The notes below the pieces were generated by a model, which was given only the letters and a program-made list of their open reading frames with translations, was not told the origin of the DNA and ran no database searches. From Bacteroidia bacterium (GTDB taxonomy: Bacteria; Bacteroidota; Bacteroidia; NS11-12g; UBA955), in the NCBI GenBank assembly GCA_044360435.1, contig JBIKKI010000002.1, positions 1-55,561 on the forward strand: DNA of 55,561 nucleotides. The letters run 5' to 3'. Each line of letters begins with the position of its first letter. Within the stretch, counting starts at the first letter, position 1. A program made the position numbers and the translations under genes. This document shows positions 17,274 through 27,147 of the stretch, in pieces.

Positions 17274-18721
17274 ATCAAAAACAGCAGGATATAGAAACCA
17301 AGTTTCGCGAGGCCTTCAACGGTTTCGAAAGTCCTGTCAGTGATTCAGATTGGGCACGCATTTCCGCTTCTTTGCCTCCGGGTCAGGAGCTGGAGCACGA
17401 GTTTCAGTCGGCCTTTAAAGGCTACGAAATGCCCGTTGCCGATGCGGATTGGAGCCGAATTGCCTCGTCAATCCCGCAAAAAAACAAACGCAGGCGCGCC
17501 TTGCTGTGGTATTCCTTCTTCACGTTGTCGGTGCTTGGCGTGTGCTGCTTGTGGTGGCTCCATCCGGTTACTAAACCTGCGGCTACTGCGCTAACCGGTG
17601 AATTTGCGGTGCCAAAAGCTCCCAGCACAGAAACACTACCCAGACCTGAAGATGCCGACCTTGTCCATCAACCTTCGATAAGTAAAATCGCGGTAACTTC
17701 TTCGGGTAAGGCTACCTTGGGAAAAACAAAGACCAACACGCCTGCGCCATTGTTGCAGTCGGATTTCTACCAACACATTAACGAATTACGGTACAACAAA
17801 TCCCGGAACCCATCAACTTCCGGTGGAATCAGTTATTCCGGTCTTCATGATTCGTTCCATTCGCAATACTGGTTCATGGATTCCAGGAAGCCCGGGGCGA
17901 AGCATTTCGAACTGTTCATGCCAATGGCAGCACGTTTAATCGTTTTGGGTACATACCGACCTGCGCAGGCGCTGTGGCTGCGTAAGCCCATTCCGGCCGT
18001 TTGGATCAGGAGTGGAATTTCAGGGTTGTCTGCAGCAGCATCCATGCCTCAGGGTCCGGAATGGCAAGGTAAAGACCTCAATCGCACCCAAATGCAACGA
18101 GGTGTGGTGCATGAATTCGCCGTAGGGCTGCAAATGCCAATTGGTTCCGCCGCAGTGCAAATTGGACTTGGTGCAACCGAACCTCTGACACCGCTGAAGC
18201 AACATTGGAGGATCAAAACCAGAATGGTTACTGACTCCATTCCTTATCGAAACACGCCGGGCGATACTTTATTCTGGATTCCGGTTCGCTTCACCGATAC
18301 TTTGGTAGATGTGGTGACTACTTTTTCTGAAAAACGATTGGTAATTCCATTCCAAATGAGTCAATCTGTGGCAATTTCCCCTAATTTCGGAATCTCATTC
18401 CAGGCCGGAGGGCAAATTGGAATTTTACAATCGATGAAGGCAACCATACCATCTCCTTATACCGACTATACGTGGAGTCAGTTGCAGCAAGGCATGGCAG
18501 GAGCCGTTAATACGAATAAGCCATTCAGGAATGCAGATCCTTCTCATTCCATACGCACCCGCCTGGACATCAGTGCAGGTGCCGGGTTCTATTACCGTAT
18601 GAACAAACAACTGATGTTCAGAACGAGCCTCAACGTGGCTAAAGGTTTGGGGCCGCTGATGAAACATGGAAGCCCGTATCAACAAGTCGGAGGACAGTTT
18701 ATGCTGATGTATCAATGGTGA
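17270..18721 (+). CDS. Single-pass membrane protein downstream of the ECF sigma (anti-sigma-like N-terminus, beta-rich C-terminal domain)
   Basis: Its TTG start overlaps the sigma stop. A tandem ~26-aa N-terminal motif is present (FREAFNGFESPVSDSDWARISASLP / FQSAFKGYEMPVADADWSRIASSIP). This is followed by a basic stretch and a TM (RRRALLWYSFFTLSVLGVCCLWWL). The function is inferred from position only. Confidence 0.45.
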   Translation: MNQKQQDIETKFREAFNGFESPVSDSDWARISASLPPGQELEHEFQSAFKGYEMPVADADWSRIASSIPQKNKRRRALLWYSFFTLSVLGVCCLWWLHPVTKPAATALTGEFAVPKAPSTETLPRPEDADLVHQPSISKIAVTSSGKATLGKTKTNTPAPLLQSDFYQHINELRYNKSRNPSTSGGISYSGLHDSFHSQYWFMDSRKPGAKHFELFMPMAARLIVLGTYRPAQALWLRKPIPAVWIRSGISGLSAAASMPQGPEWQGKDLNRTQMQRGVVHEFAVGLQMPIGSAAVQIGLGATEPLTPLKQHWRIKTRMVTDSIPYRNTPGDTLFWIPVRFTDTLVDVVTTFSEKRLVIPFQMSQSVAISPNFGISFQAGGQIGILQSMKATIPSPYTDYTWSQLQQGMAGAVNTNKPFRNADPSHSIRTRLDISAGAGFYYRMNKQLMFRTSLNVAKGLGPLMKHGSPYQQVGGQFMLMYQW

Positions 18722-21204
18722 ACATTATCAAGCAACGTATTTCTGCTTTTGGCGCTTCAGCAATCGCTGCGCTCCTTGGGTTGACGTGTATCAGCCATGT
18801 TAAGGGGCAACTGTTGCTTCCTTTGGAATCGCAACTGCTTGCACCGCCATTGCTCAGGCAAATCGAAGGAAACATCTATGCAGTATGGCCTGAGCGCTAC
18901 ACGGATACCATGGATGTATATCGCCTTTCAAGGTATGACGGTCGCACGTGGACACACATGCCTCAGCTCTGCATCCAAAAAGGTGGAACCATCACGGATT
19001 TGGCCCTGTTCTCTGGGAAGATTTACGTTTCAGGGAATTTCAGGTTGTTTTTTGATCCTCAATACAATTGTTTGTCCGTTTTGGATAACAGATTGTGGAC
19101 CGGTGTAGCTTCATTCACTGCTTTGTTCACACAGGTTCCCATCATTCAGACCATGGCAGTTTTTGACAACAGACTTTATGCCGGAGGTCGATTCATCAGA
19201 ATGAACGGTACCTTGGTCAACAACCTCGTGGTGAATACCGGAACTGAATGGGGTGCTCTTGGCACAACTGTTCCCGGCGCCGATGGTGCGATCGTGCAGA
19301 TGGCTACACGCGGGTCTGATTTGGCCATTTGTGGCAGTTTTAGAAAAATAAATGGCGCTACGGCCCCAGGGCTTGCATTTTATACAGGTGCTCAATTCAC
19401 CACCAGGTACACGCCCGTTAAAAGTGGAAGAAAATTGTATGCGGTTGCCGGTAATTACTGGTATAGTGGTCTTGATTCCAATGGCCGGATGATTCTGGCC
19501 AGCATGACTGGATTCAGCGCATTGAATCTGTGTATGAAAGGGCTCGACAGCATTGGTGTTGTTGATGGATTCTGTGAATCATCTGGTAAGATTTACGCGG
19601 TGGGACGGTTCTTTAAATCCGGCAGCAAAATGGTCATCAATACCATGATGCTCGAGGATCAGGTTTGGGTGGCACATCCCATTTTAACCCCCAATCAATT
19701 TATACAAATTGCGGCCACCAGAAACGAGCTGTATTTTTCAGGTACCCTTAATAAGGTTCTTGGAAAGAATATGGGTTATGGCTTGGTAAAACTGCTCCCT
19801 GATAAGGTACAGGTGAGTGGTTACGTTTATCATGATGTAAACAACAATGGCAAAAGAGAAACCGGAGAAAGGCCCCTCGCCAACCGAAAGGTGAATATTT
19901 CCGGACTTGGCAGCCTGTTCACCGATGGCAACGGCTATTATGAATTCAGAACCATTACAGGTAATAAAGTTCGCTTGACCCTGGAACCGCAGCCTGGATG
20001 GAAAAGCGCACAGGAAATACAGTTGAGTTTAACAGACAGTCCATGGGTATATCAAATTGACTTTCCACAAGTAACCGAAGAAAGTAATTACCGCGACGTA
20101 CGCGTGGACATAACTTCAGGTGATGGATGGAAGGTGAATCGTGATGCAACTTCTGCCTATATTGTAAAAGTAGAAAATACCGGACAGGTGAGCTCATCGG
20201 TCCGCCTTGAGTTGGAGTATAATAAAAAACTGAGCGACCTGCAGGTAGTGCCGGCTCCGGACATCATCAATACCGGAAAGTTCACCTGGAATGTTGCTAT
20301 ACTGGCTCCGGGTGAATCATTTCTGGTGAACATGGTTTCATGGATTTCATCGCAACAGTTTGAAATCGGCGAAGCTCTGGGTTTTAAAGCCATCGTTACG
20401 CCGAATGGATTGACACCTGATGAAAACCCGGATGACAACATCGACACCCTTCCTCAGATTGTGGCGGACAGACCTGCTGTAAGCGTTGAAAAGCTGCAAT
20501 TTCCAATGGTGAAGCCGGGCGATTCCATTGCATACCTTCCCAATAATGAAAATGTGTTGCAGTATGTAATTCGATTCGAGAATCAGGGTTTGGATACGGT
20601 TTCTCAGGTGCAGGTCACAGATACTGTCGATATTTCACTGAACCTTTCCTACATCCGTGAATCCGGCTCCAGTCATCCTTTCAGCAGAAAGATGATACTT
20701 GATCCAGCCCTGCCGGGGAAGGCCATATTTATTTACACCTTTAATAACATCAACCTGCCTCCAAATGCAGACGCCAACCCGGAATATACTTTGTCCAAAG
20801 GCTTTTTCGGACTGCATATCGGCCTGAAGGGTGGGAATCCGGCAGGAACGGTCATTTACAACAGGGCAGGCGTCACATTCGATTTGGCTCCGGGTGTTTT
20901 AAGCAATACGGTTTCCTGTATGTTGACTTCCAACGGCGGCACCCAGGTAAAGGAGTCACCAAATCCAATAAACAGCCTGCAGCTGTTTCCCAATCCTACG
21001 GATGACATCGTCTTGGTGCAAGGCAAAGCAGATATGGCATCCCTGTTGGTCTATGATATCTGGGGAAGAACAGTTGCGATTGCTGACAAAACAGAAGGGT
21101 CACGGGCCTCATTGTCCGTGAAAGCACTGGCGCCCGGGCGCTACCTCGTCATTGCCATCGGAAAAGATGGCTCGGTGTCAAAAGGCCAGTTGCTTAAACT
21201 TTAA
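18715..21204 (+). CDS. T9SS-secreted surface protein (propeller-like repeats, SdrD/Cna-B-like and DUF11/CARDB-like Ig domains, type A CTD)
   Basis: It has a signal peptide. The repeats include GKIYVSGNF, NRLYAGGRF and GKIYAVGRFF. The segment VSGYVYHDVNNNGKRETGE is SdrD-B-like. The C-terminus LQLFPNPTDDIVLVQG...LVYDIWGRTV...LAPGRYLVIAIGKDGSVSKGQLLKL is a T9SS type A sorting domain. The start overlaps the upstream stop by 7 nt. Confidence 0.75.
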   Translation: MVNIIKQRISAFGASAIAALLGLTCISHVKGQLLLPLESQLLAPPLLRQIEGNIYAVWPERYTDTMDVYRLSRYDGRTWTHMPQLCIQKGGTITDLALFSGKIYVSGNFRLFFDPQYNCLSVLDNRLWTGVASFTALFTQVPIIQTMAVFDNRLYAGGRFIRMNGTLVNNLVVNTGTEWGALGTTVPGADGAIVQMATRGSDLAICGSFRKINGATAPGLAFYTGAQFTTRYTPVKSGRKLYAVAGNYWYSGLDSNGRMILASMTGFSALNLCMKGLDSIGVVDGFCESSGKIYAVGRFFKSGSKMVINTMMLEDQVWVAHPILTPNQFIQIAATRNELYFSGTLNKVLGKNMGYGLVKLLPDKVQVSGYVYHDVNNNGKRETGERPLANRKVNISGLGSLFTDGNGYYEFRTITGNKVRLTLEPQPGWKSAQEIQLSLTDSPWVYQIDFPQVTEESNYRDVRVDITSGDGWKVNRDATSAYIVKVENTGQVSSSVRLELEYNKKLSDLQVVPAPDIINTGKFTWNVAILAPGESFLVNMVSWISSQQFEIGEALGFKAIVTPNGLTPDENPDDNIDTLPQIVADRPAVSVEKLQFPMVKPGDSIAYLPNNENVLQYVIRFENQGLDTVSQVQVTDTVDISLNLSYIRESGSSHPFSRKMILDPALPGKAIFIYTFNNINLPPNADANPEYTLSKGFFGLHIGLKGGNPAGTVIYNRAGVTFDLAPGVLSNTVSCMLTSNGGTQVKESPNPINSLQLFPNPTDDIVLVQGKADMASLLVYDIWGRTVAIADKTEGSRASLSVKALAPGRYLVIAIGKDGSVSKGQLLKL

Positions 21205-21249
21205 CACATTCAGAACATCTACCCTAATAACCATTCAGAAAACTACACT

Positions 21250-23661
21250 ATGAAAAAAATATACCGCGCAGTCTTGGGAGGGCTGCTCACACTAGCAGCC
21301 ATGCTGTTCTCTGCAGGCGATGCCCATGGGCAAATCCCAAAGGGTTGTGCAGATATGGCTAATTTCACGTTTAAGGTGGAATGTAAAACGCTTATTGCCA
21401 GCGGTTTTAGTTCCAGTACCCGAAGCTGCCCGCAATACAAATGGAGCTTAGGAAACGGAACTTATGCCACCGGTCAGCAAATCAGCTATGTGTATCCTTC
21501 TACAGGTACCTACACCGTTTGTTTAAAGGTGACCGACAGCTGCCGTTCTTGTGATACTATTATCTGCAAAAAGGTGGAAGTAAAGGGCTGTGCGCAGGAT
21601 TCTTCGTGTTCCTTAAAGCCTGATTTTGCGTTCAAGTTGGATTGCAGAACCATTGCTCTTGAAGCCAAATCAGCACAGACGGGAGCAAGCTATACCTGGA
21701 ACTTTGGCAATGGCAGCAGCGCTACCGGAAAAGCGGTAAAGCACGCGTTCCTGAAGGATGGTACCTATCAGATTTGCGTTACTGCAACGTGGAAGAATCC
21801 CCTGACAAACGTGGTCTGCACAGAAACAGTGTGCAAGAAAGTGACCATTCAGTGCGGCAGGAAGGAGCCTTGTAACATCAGCGGTAATTTCAATTTCAAG
21901 GTAAATCCCAATGGTATTGTAGGCTTTAGTGCCAACAGCATCAATGGTGTTAGTTATGTTTGGGATTTCGGCGATGGCACGAAAGGCCAGGGCCAGAACC
22001 CAAACAAGCAGTACAATAAACCCGGGGTGTATAATGTGTGTGTGACCATTTACGGAAAAGACCCACGCTGTTTTGTGAAAATCTGTAAGAAAGTAGTGGT
22101 GGAGCAGCGCTGTAATATTTGGGGCAACTTTGTGTTTCAGGGTATTCCTGGTACGAACGGATTTAAATTCACCGGCAGTGCAAGTGAAAAAGGTGCTACT
22201 TTCTCTTGGTCTTTTGGCGATGGTACCGGTGCTTCAACTAAAGATCCTCAAAAGTATTTTTCAAAACCAGGGGTTTATGAAGTGTGCCTGACCATCAAAC
22301 ATCCCAACGGGAAATGCTCTGTACGGATTTGCAAGAAGGTGATTGTGGGCACAAGCAAAAACTGCAACCTGCCTGCGAATTTCACATGGGTGGTTGACAA
22401 GAGTAACTGTCTTAAGTACAACTTCGAAGCGCCACTGGCCAATTGCGTACGCTACAAATGGGCCATTGGTGGTCAGTATGTGTACAACAGGCTTACATCC
22501 TTCACCTTTGCAAAAGCCGGAACATATCAGGTGTGCTTGTACTTGCTCGATTCCTGCAATAAGTGCGATACGGTGATTTGTAAATCAATCGTGGTGCCTG
22601 GATGTGACTCAACCAAGAAATACTGTAATATGGGCATTGCGGTAACCTGGCCTGACGCTGTGAAAGATTGCAGTGCTGCGTCATTTAAGGTGCGTTATAC
22701 AGACCAAAATACCAATGGTTGCCGCAAAGCAACCTGGATTTGGGGTGATGGAACAGCCCCTGTGCGCGACATGAGCGCGCTGCATAAGTTCAAAAAAGGC
22801 ACCTACAATGTTTGTGTCCGTATTGTGGATTCCTGCAACAACTGCGACACTACCATCTGCAAAACCATTAACGTGGGAGCTTGCTGCAACCTCGTTGCAC
22901 CCGATTTTAGTTATACCATCAACTGCGATAAGATCACTTTTGAGGGCAAAGCCCAGACCTGTGGTAAATACTTCTGGACTTTAGGCAACGGTACTTCTGC
23001 CGGAGGTCGCTTGATCACTGCAACTTATGTAACCGGAAAATCCTATACAGTATGTATGAAGGTTGCCGATACCTGTAATGCCTGTGATACATTGATTTGT
23101 AAAACCATTCAGGTTCCTTTGTGCAATCCTTGCAAAATCGAATCGTATTTCGTGGTGGACAGCATCGTAAAAGGAAAGGTGTATCTGACGAATAAGAGTT
23201 CTTCGAATGCGGTAAACTACAAATGGGATTTTGGTGATGCAACCTACTCATACGTCGCGAAGCCCGGCAGCAAATCGTATTCGTCTGTTGGTACATATAA
23301 AATTTGTCTGACTGTTTGGGACCAGGTAAAGGCATGCAGCGCCACATTCTGTAAAACCATCACCATCAGCAGCCTGAGGTGGGGCAACAATACAAGTTCA
23401 GCTCCGGCTGTTGTGCCCGCAGATGTGAAAGTATTCCCGAATCCGGCTTTCGACCTGCTTCAGATTGAATGGAGTTCTGGCTCCGGACAAAAAATGGTTG
23501 AGGTTATGGATGTGAATGGACGTGTGCTGCAAACCCTCACTTTTATGGAGTCATCGGTGACCTCAACAGTGGATTTGAGCACTTGTGCCGAAGGTATTTA
23601 TCTGGTTCGGGTGCATCAAAACGGAAACAGCAGCACCCACAGGATCAATCATCTGCGTTAA
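21250..23661 (+). CDS. T9SS-secreted protein with 8 Cys-rich PKD-like repeats and a type A CTD
   Basis: It has a signal peptide. The recurring module is F.F......W.FGDGT....H.Y...GTY.VC..V.D.C..CDT.ICK.V.V. The C-terminus is VKVFPNPAFDLLQIEW...VMDVNGRVL...EGIYLVRVHQNG. Confidence 0.82.
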   Translation: MKKIYRAVLGGLLTLAAMLFSAGDAHGQIPKGCADMANFTFKVECKTLIASGFSSSTRSCPQYKWSLGNGTYATGQQISYVYPSTGTYTVCLKVTDSCRSCDTIICKKVEVKGCAQDSSCSLKPDFAFKLDCRTIALEAKSAQTGASYTWNFGNGSSATGKAVKHAFLKDGTYQICVTATWKNPLTNVVCTETVCKKVTIQCGRKEPCNISGNFNFKVNPNGIVGFSANSINGVSYVWDFGDGTKGQGQNPNKQYNKPGVYNVCVTIYGKDPRCFVKICKKVVVEQRCNIWGNFVFQGIPGTNGFKFTGSASEKGATFSWSFGDGTGASTKDPQKYFSKPGVYEVCLTIKHPNGKCSVRICKKVIVGTSKNCNLPANFTWVVDKSNCLKYNFEAPLANCVRYKWAIGGQYVYNRLTSFTFAKAGTYQVCLYLLDSCNKCDTVICKSIVVPGCDSTKKYCNMGIAVTWPDAVKDCSAASFKVRYTDQNTNGCRKATWIWGDGTAPVRDMSALHKFKKGTYNVCVRIVDSCNNCDTTICKTINVGACCNLVAPDFSYTINCDKITFEGKAQTCGKYFWTLGNGTSAGGRLITATYVTGKSYTVCMKVADTCNACDTLICKTIQVPLCNPCKIESYFVVDSIVKGKVYLTNKSSSNAVNYKWDFGDATYSYVAKPGSKSYSSVGTYKICLTVWDQVKACSATFCKTITISSLRWGNNTSSAPAVVPADVKVFPNPAFDLLQIEWSSGSGQKMVEVMDVNGRVLQTLTFMESSVTSTVDLSTCAEGIYLVRVHQNGNSSTHRINHLR
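21346..23373 (+). repeat. Array of 8 tandem, diverged PKD-like coding repeats (~80-85 aa each)
   Basis: Repeat boundaries were read from the translation. Each unit keeps W-x-[FL]-G-[DN]-G, GTY-x-[VI]-C and a terminal C-x(2)-C-x(3)-I-C-K-like cysteine cluster. The repeats are diverged at the DNA level. Confidence 0.75.
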
Positions 23662-23683
23662 TTTAACTGTAAAAAATCATAGC

Positions 23684-23709
23684 AAAAGGAGGCCATAGTG
23701 CCTCCTTTT
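23684..23709 (+). terminator. Rho-independent terminator after the sigma/T9SS-cargo operon
   Basis: A 10-bp perfect stem, aaaaggaggc / gcctcctttt, has a 6-nt loop and sits 23 nt after the stop codon. Confidence 0.75.
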
Positions 23710-23758
23710 GTGCGTTAGGTACAGGCTTGAATCCCTAAATTCGCCATGTCTTACAATC

Positions 23759-24631
23759 ATGATACGCGTAGCAAACAACAACAACATCCTGGTGCCGGTA
23801 GATTTTTCCGATACCGCCAATAACGCGCTGGAACACGCTGTGAACATCGCAAGGGTTTACAACAATGAAATAACCCTCCTGCATATTATCGATGAGAACT
23901 TCTTTCAGTCTATTTTCTCCGGAAGTCAGAATGACCTTATGGAAGAAGGAATTCACAGCCGGTTGGATAAGGTTATTGATGGTATTAAAAGGGAAAATCC
24001 GGGTCTTAAATTACACAAGCGCATTGAGCGTGGTAAAGTGTATAAAGTGATTGCTCAGGTTGCCAACGACGGCAACTTCGACAGCATCATGATGGGAAGT
24101 AATGGCGCCAGTGGTCTGGAACGATTCATTGGTTCCAATGCATCACGCGTAATTCAACTTTCCAAAGTGCCTGTAATTGTAGTTAAATCAAAACCCTTTG
24201 GCGAAGGTTACAAGAAGATTGTATTGCCGATTGACCTTTCTCTGGAGTCCAAACAAAAAGTTGGCTGGGCCATTCACGTGGCTAAGAAGTTTGATTCAAC
24301 CATCCACATCATCTACGACAACAGCAACGATGAATTTCTGAAGGTGAAAATCAGGGCCAATATCCAACAGGTAGAATCCATGATTTCTGCTCAGGGTGTG
24401 CGCTATGTGAGCCGCGAGATTGAAGACAAAATCTTCGAGAATTTCGCATCTGAAACCCTTACCTATGCCAATGCCATTGAAGCAGATTTAATCGTGATTA
24501 TGACGCAGCCCGAAACGAGCATCGTGAGCATGACCATCGGTACGCTCGCACAGCAGCTGGTAAACGAAAGCGAGCATGTTCCTGTAATGTGTGTGAATCC
24601 TGTAGAAACAGGTTATACGTTCGATTATTGA
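23759..24631 (+). CDS. Universal stress protein with tandem UspA domains
   Basis: The first domain reads NILVPVDFSDTANNALEHAVNIA...ITLLHI...IMMGSNGASGLERFIGSNASRVI..SKVPVIVVK. A second Usp-like half follows. The start is set at MIRVANNNN (23759). Confidence 0.85.
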   Translation: MIRVANNNNILVPVDFSDTANNALEHAVNIARVYNNEITLLHIIDENFFQSIFSGSQNDLMEEGIHSRLDKVIDGIKRENPGLKLHKRIERGKVYKVIAQVANDGNFDSIMMGSNGASGLERFIGSNASRVIQLSKVPVIVVKSKPFGEGYKKIVLPIDLSLESKQKVGWAIHVAKKFDSTIHIIYDNSNDEFLKVKIRANIQQVESMISAQGVRYVSREIEDKIFENFASETLTYANAIEADLIVIMTQPETSIVSMTIGTLAQQLVNESEHVPVMCVNPVETGYTFDY

Positions 24632-24652
24632 TTCCGTGGAATCGAGAAGCAT

Positions 24653-24686
24653 AAAAAAAGGCAACGTTTCAACGTTGCCTTTTTTT
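24653..24686. terminator. Bidirectional intrinsic terminator between the convergent usp and E1 genes
   Basis: The stem ggcaacg / cgttgcc is flanked by A7 on one side and T7 on the other. Confidence 0.8.
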
Positions 24687-24711
24687 ATGGCTGTTGGACT
24701 GCATGTTCTGC

Positions 24712-27147
24712 TCAGCTATACGCCGGAAAGCGCGTCGGATTGGATTCGTGCATGATCTTGTACACGGCCTGGAACACATCATCTGCGCTGGGTTTGCTGA
24801 AATAATCACCGTCGGTGCCGTAGGCCGGGCGATGTGCTTTAGCACTGAGCGTGGTTGGAGCGCTGTCCAGGTGGCGATAAGCACCCTGAACTTCCAGCAC
24901 CTGCTGCATCATATATGCGGTGGCGCCTCCGGGAACATCTTCGTCCAGAAACAGTACCCTGTTGGTTTTTTGAATGTGTGCGGCAATGCTGTGGTTCAGG
25001 TCGAACGGCAGCAAGGTTTGAACATCAATGATGGCTATTTCTATGCCTTTTTTGGAGAGCAGCTCAGCCGCTTCAAGGGCAATTCTGCAACAGCTTCCAT
25101 AAGTAACCAGTGTAAGGTCTGAGCCTTCCCTGATCACTTCAGGCTGGCCCAACGGAACCTTAAAGCTGCCAATATTGGAAGGTATGGGTTCTTTCAAACG
25201 GTAACCATTCAGGCATTCAACCACCAATGCCGGTTCATCGCTGTGCAGCAAGGTATTATACATCCCTGCCGCCTGTGTCATGTTGCGCGGAACGCATACA
25301 TGCATGCCCCTTACGGCGTGTACAATCATGCCCATGGGAGAACCGCTGTGCCAAATACCTTCCAACCTGTGCCCGCGTGTTCTGATGATCACCGGCGCTT
25401 TTTGCCCGCCTTTGGTGCGGTATTGCAAGGTGGCAATGTCGTCGCTCATAATTTGCAGCGCATACAACAGGTAATCCAGATATTGGATTTCGGCAATGGG
25501 ACGAAGCCCGCGTAAGGCGCAACCGATGCCTTCACCGATGATGCTGGCTTCCCGAATGCCCCGGTCGCCAACGCGCAATACGCCATACTTCTCCTGAAGA
25601 CCGGCAAAACCCTGATTCACGTCACCGATTTTCCCTAAATCTTCCCCAAAAGCAAAAACGCGCGGGTCGCGTTCCAGGTTTGCATCAAAGCATGCCTGAA
25701 GGATTTCTCTTCCGTCTTTCAATGGAGCATCAGGAGCATAAATGGCTTCTTCAGTCGTCACGTTCAATGCGCGGTGCACAGAATGGCTGTGCAGGTTAGA
25801 GCTGTACCTGTCGCTGTTTCTGGCAACAAATGCTTCATAATATGCCAACAGTGGTGCACGATGCTGTTCCGGCTCCGAAAGGGTTTCCCGCAACGCTTCA
25901 TTGATGGCGTTTCCTATATCCTTCAGCAAAGGTTCGTTGAATCCTTTGAGGCGCTGAACGATGGCTTCCAGAACGCCGGCGTCAGATACCAGATTCATGC
26001 TGGCCTCTATGGCGCTGCAACATTCCTGAACATCATTATTTATTTCTTGCTGAAAAGCATTCCAGGCTTCTTTTTGCCAGGCACGCACTTCTGCAGTATA
26101 GGTTTGCTCCAGGTCATTCAGTTCTGCTTCTGTGGCAATGCTGTTTTCCACAATCCAAAGCTTGAACTGGCGAATGCAGTCGTATTCCTGTTCCCACTCC
26201 AAACGCTCTTTGCTTTTATAGCGTTCATGGCTGCCACTGGTGCTGTGGCCCTGAGGCTGGGTCATCTCAGTGATGTGCACCAAAACAGGGGTATGCTGCG
26301 TTCTGCACTTGGCAATGGCGTCTCGGTAGGTTTCGCATAAAGCCGGATAATCCCAGCCTTTGGCGGTGAACAGTTCCATACCGATGCCCTGTTCGTTGGT
26401 TTGGAAACCGGCCATCAGGGCGCTGATGTTCTCTTTTGCCGTTTGAAACTTGGCAGGAACAGAAATTCCATAGCCATCGTCCCATACAGAAACTGCCATC
26501 GGTACCTGCATTACTGCTGCCGCATTCATCACTTCCCAGAACATGCCTTCAGAAGTGCTGGCATTTCCAATCGTTCCAAAGGCAACTTCATTACCCTGAT
26601 GGCTGAATTGCGTTTGATCTTTCAGGCCTTCATGCTCGCGGTATATTTTCGATGCCAGGGCAAGTCCCAAGAGGCGAGGCATCTGACTTCCCGTTGGAGA
26701 AATATCAGAGGAAGAATTAAATGTTTCTGTTTGGGGAAGCCAATTCCCTGCTTCATCCAACAGGCGGGTTCCAAAATGTCCATTCATACTCCTGCCCGCC
26801 GATGCCGGCTCTGCGCTGATGGCAGGATGCGCATACAGCTGGGCAAAGAATTCCCTGATGCTGCTCATTCCGGTGGCAAACATGAAGGTTTGATCCCTGT
26901 AATATCCACTGCGGAAATCACCGTGTCGGAAGGCCTTAGCCATGGCAATTTGTGCCAATTCCTTGCCGTCGCCGAAAATGCCAAATTTGGCCTTGCCGGT
27001 TAATACTTCCTTGCGCCCGATGAGGCTGGCCTGCCGGCTTTGAAAAGCAATCCTGAAATCGTTGATGATCTCACCTTTAAACTCGGAAAAGGTCATTGCG
27101 TCTTGTACGTTGTCCGCCACTTCCATGAAGGGTGCAAATTTAGGCAT
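24712..27147 (-). CDS. Fused alpha/beta E1 component of a 2-oxoacid (branched-chain type) dehydrogenase, TPP-dependent
   Basis: It is 811 aa. The N-terminal half is E1-alpha-like (..GDGKELAQIAMAKAF..GHFG..TIGNASTSEG). The C-terminal half is transketolase-pyrimidine/E1-beta-like (VFAFGEDLGKIGDVNQGFAGLQEKYG..RVGDRGIREASIIGEGIG). Confidence 0.82.
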   Translation of the reverse strand: MPKFAPFMEVADNVQDAMTFSEFKGEIINDFRIAFQSRQASLIGRKEVLTGKAKFGIFGDGKELAQIAMAKAFRHGDFRSGYYRDQTFMFATGMSSIREFFAQLYAHPAISAEPASAGRSMNGHFGTRLLDEAGNWLPQTETFNSSSDISPTGSQMPRLLGLALASKIYREHEGLKDQTQFSHQGNEVAFGTIGNASTSEGMFWEVMNAAAVMQVPMAVSVWDDGYGISVPAKFQTAKENISALMAGFQTNEQGIGMELFTAKGWDYPALCETYRDAIAKCRTQHTPVLVHITEMTQPQGHSTSGSHERYKSKERLEWEQEYDCIRQFKLWIVENSIATEAELNDLEQTYTAEVRAWQKEAWNAFQQEINNDVQECCSAIEASMNLVSDAGVLEAIVQRLKGFNEPLLKDIGNAINEALRETLSEPEQHRAPLLAYYEAFVARNSDRYSSNLHSHSVHRALNVTTEEAIYAPDAPLKDGREILQACFDANLERDPRVFAFGEDLGKIGDVNQGFAGLQEKYGVLRVGDRGIREASIIGEGIGCALRGLRPIAEIQYLDYLLYALQIMSDDIATLQYRTKGGQKAPVIIRTRGHRLEGIWHSGSPMGMIVHAVRGMHVCVPRNMTQAAGMYNTLLHSDEPALVVECLNGYRLKEPIPSNIGSFKVPLGQPEVIREGSDLTLVTYGSCCRIALEAAELLSKKGIEIAIIDVQTLLPFDLNHSIAAHIQKTNRVLFLDEDVPGGATAYMMQQVLEVQGAYRHLDSAPTTLSAKAHRPAYGTDGDYFSKPSADDVFQAVYKIMHESNPTRFPAYS

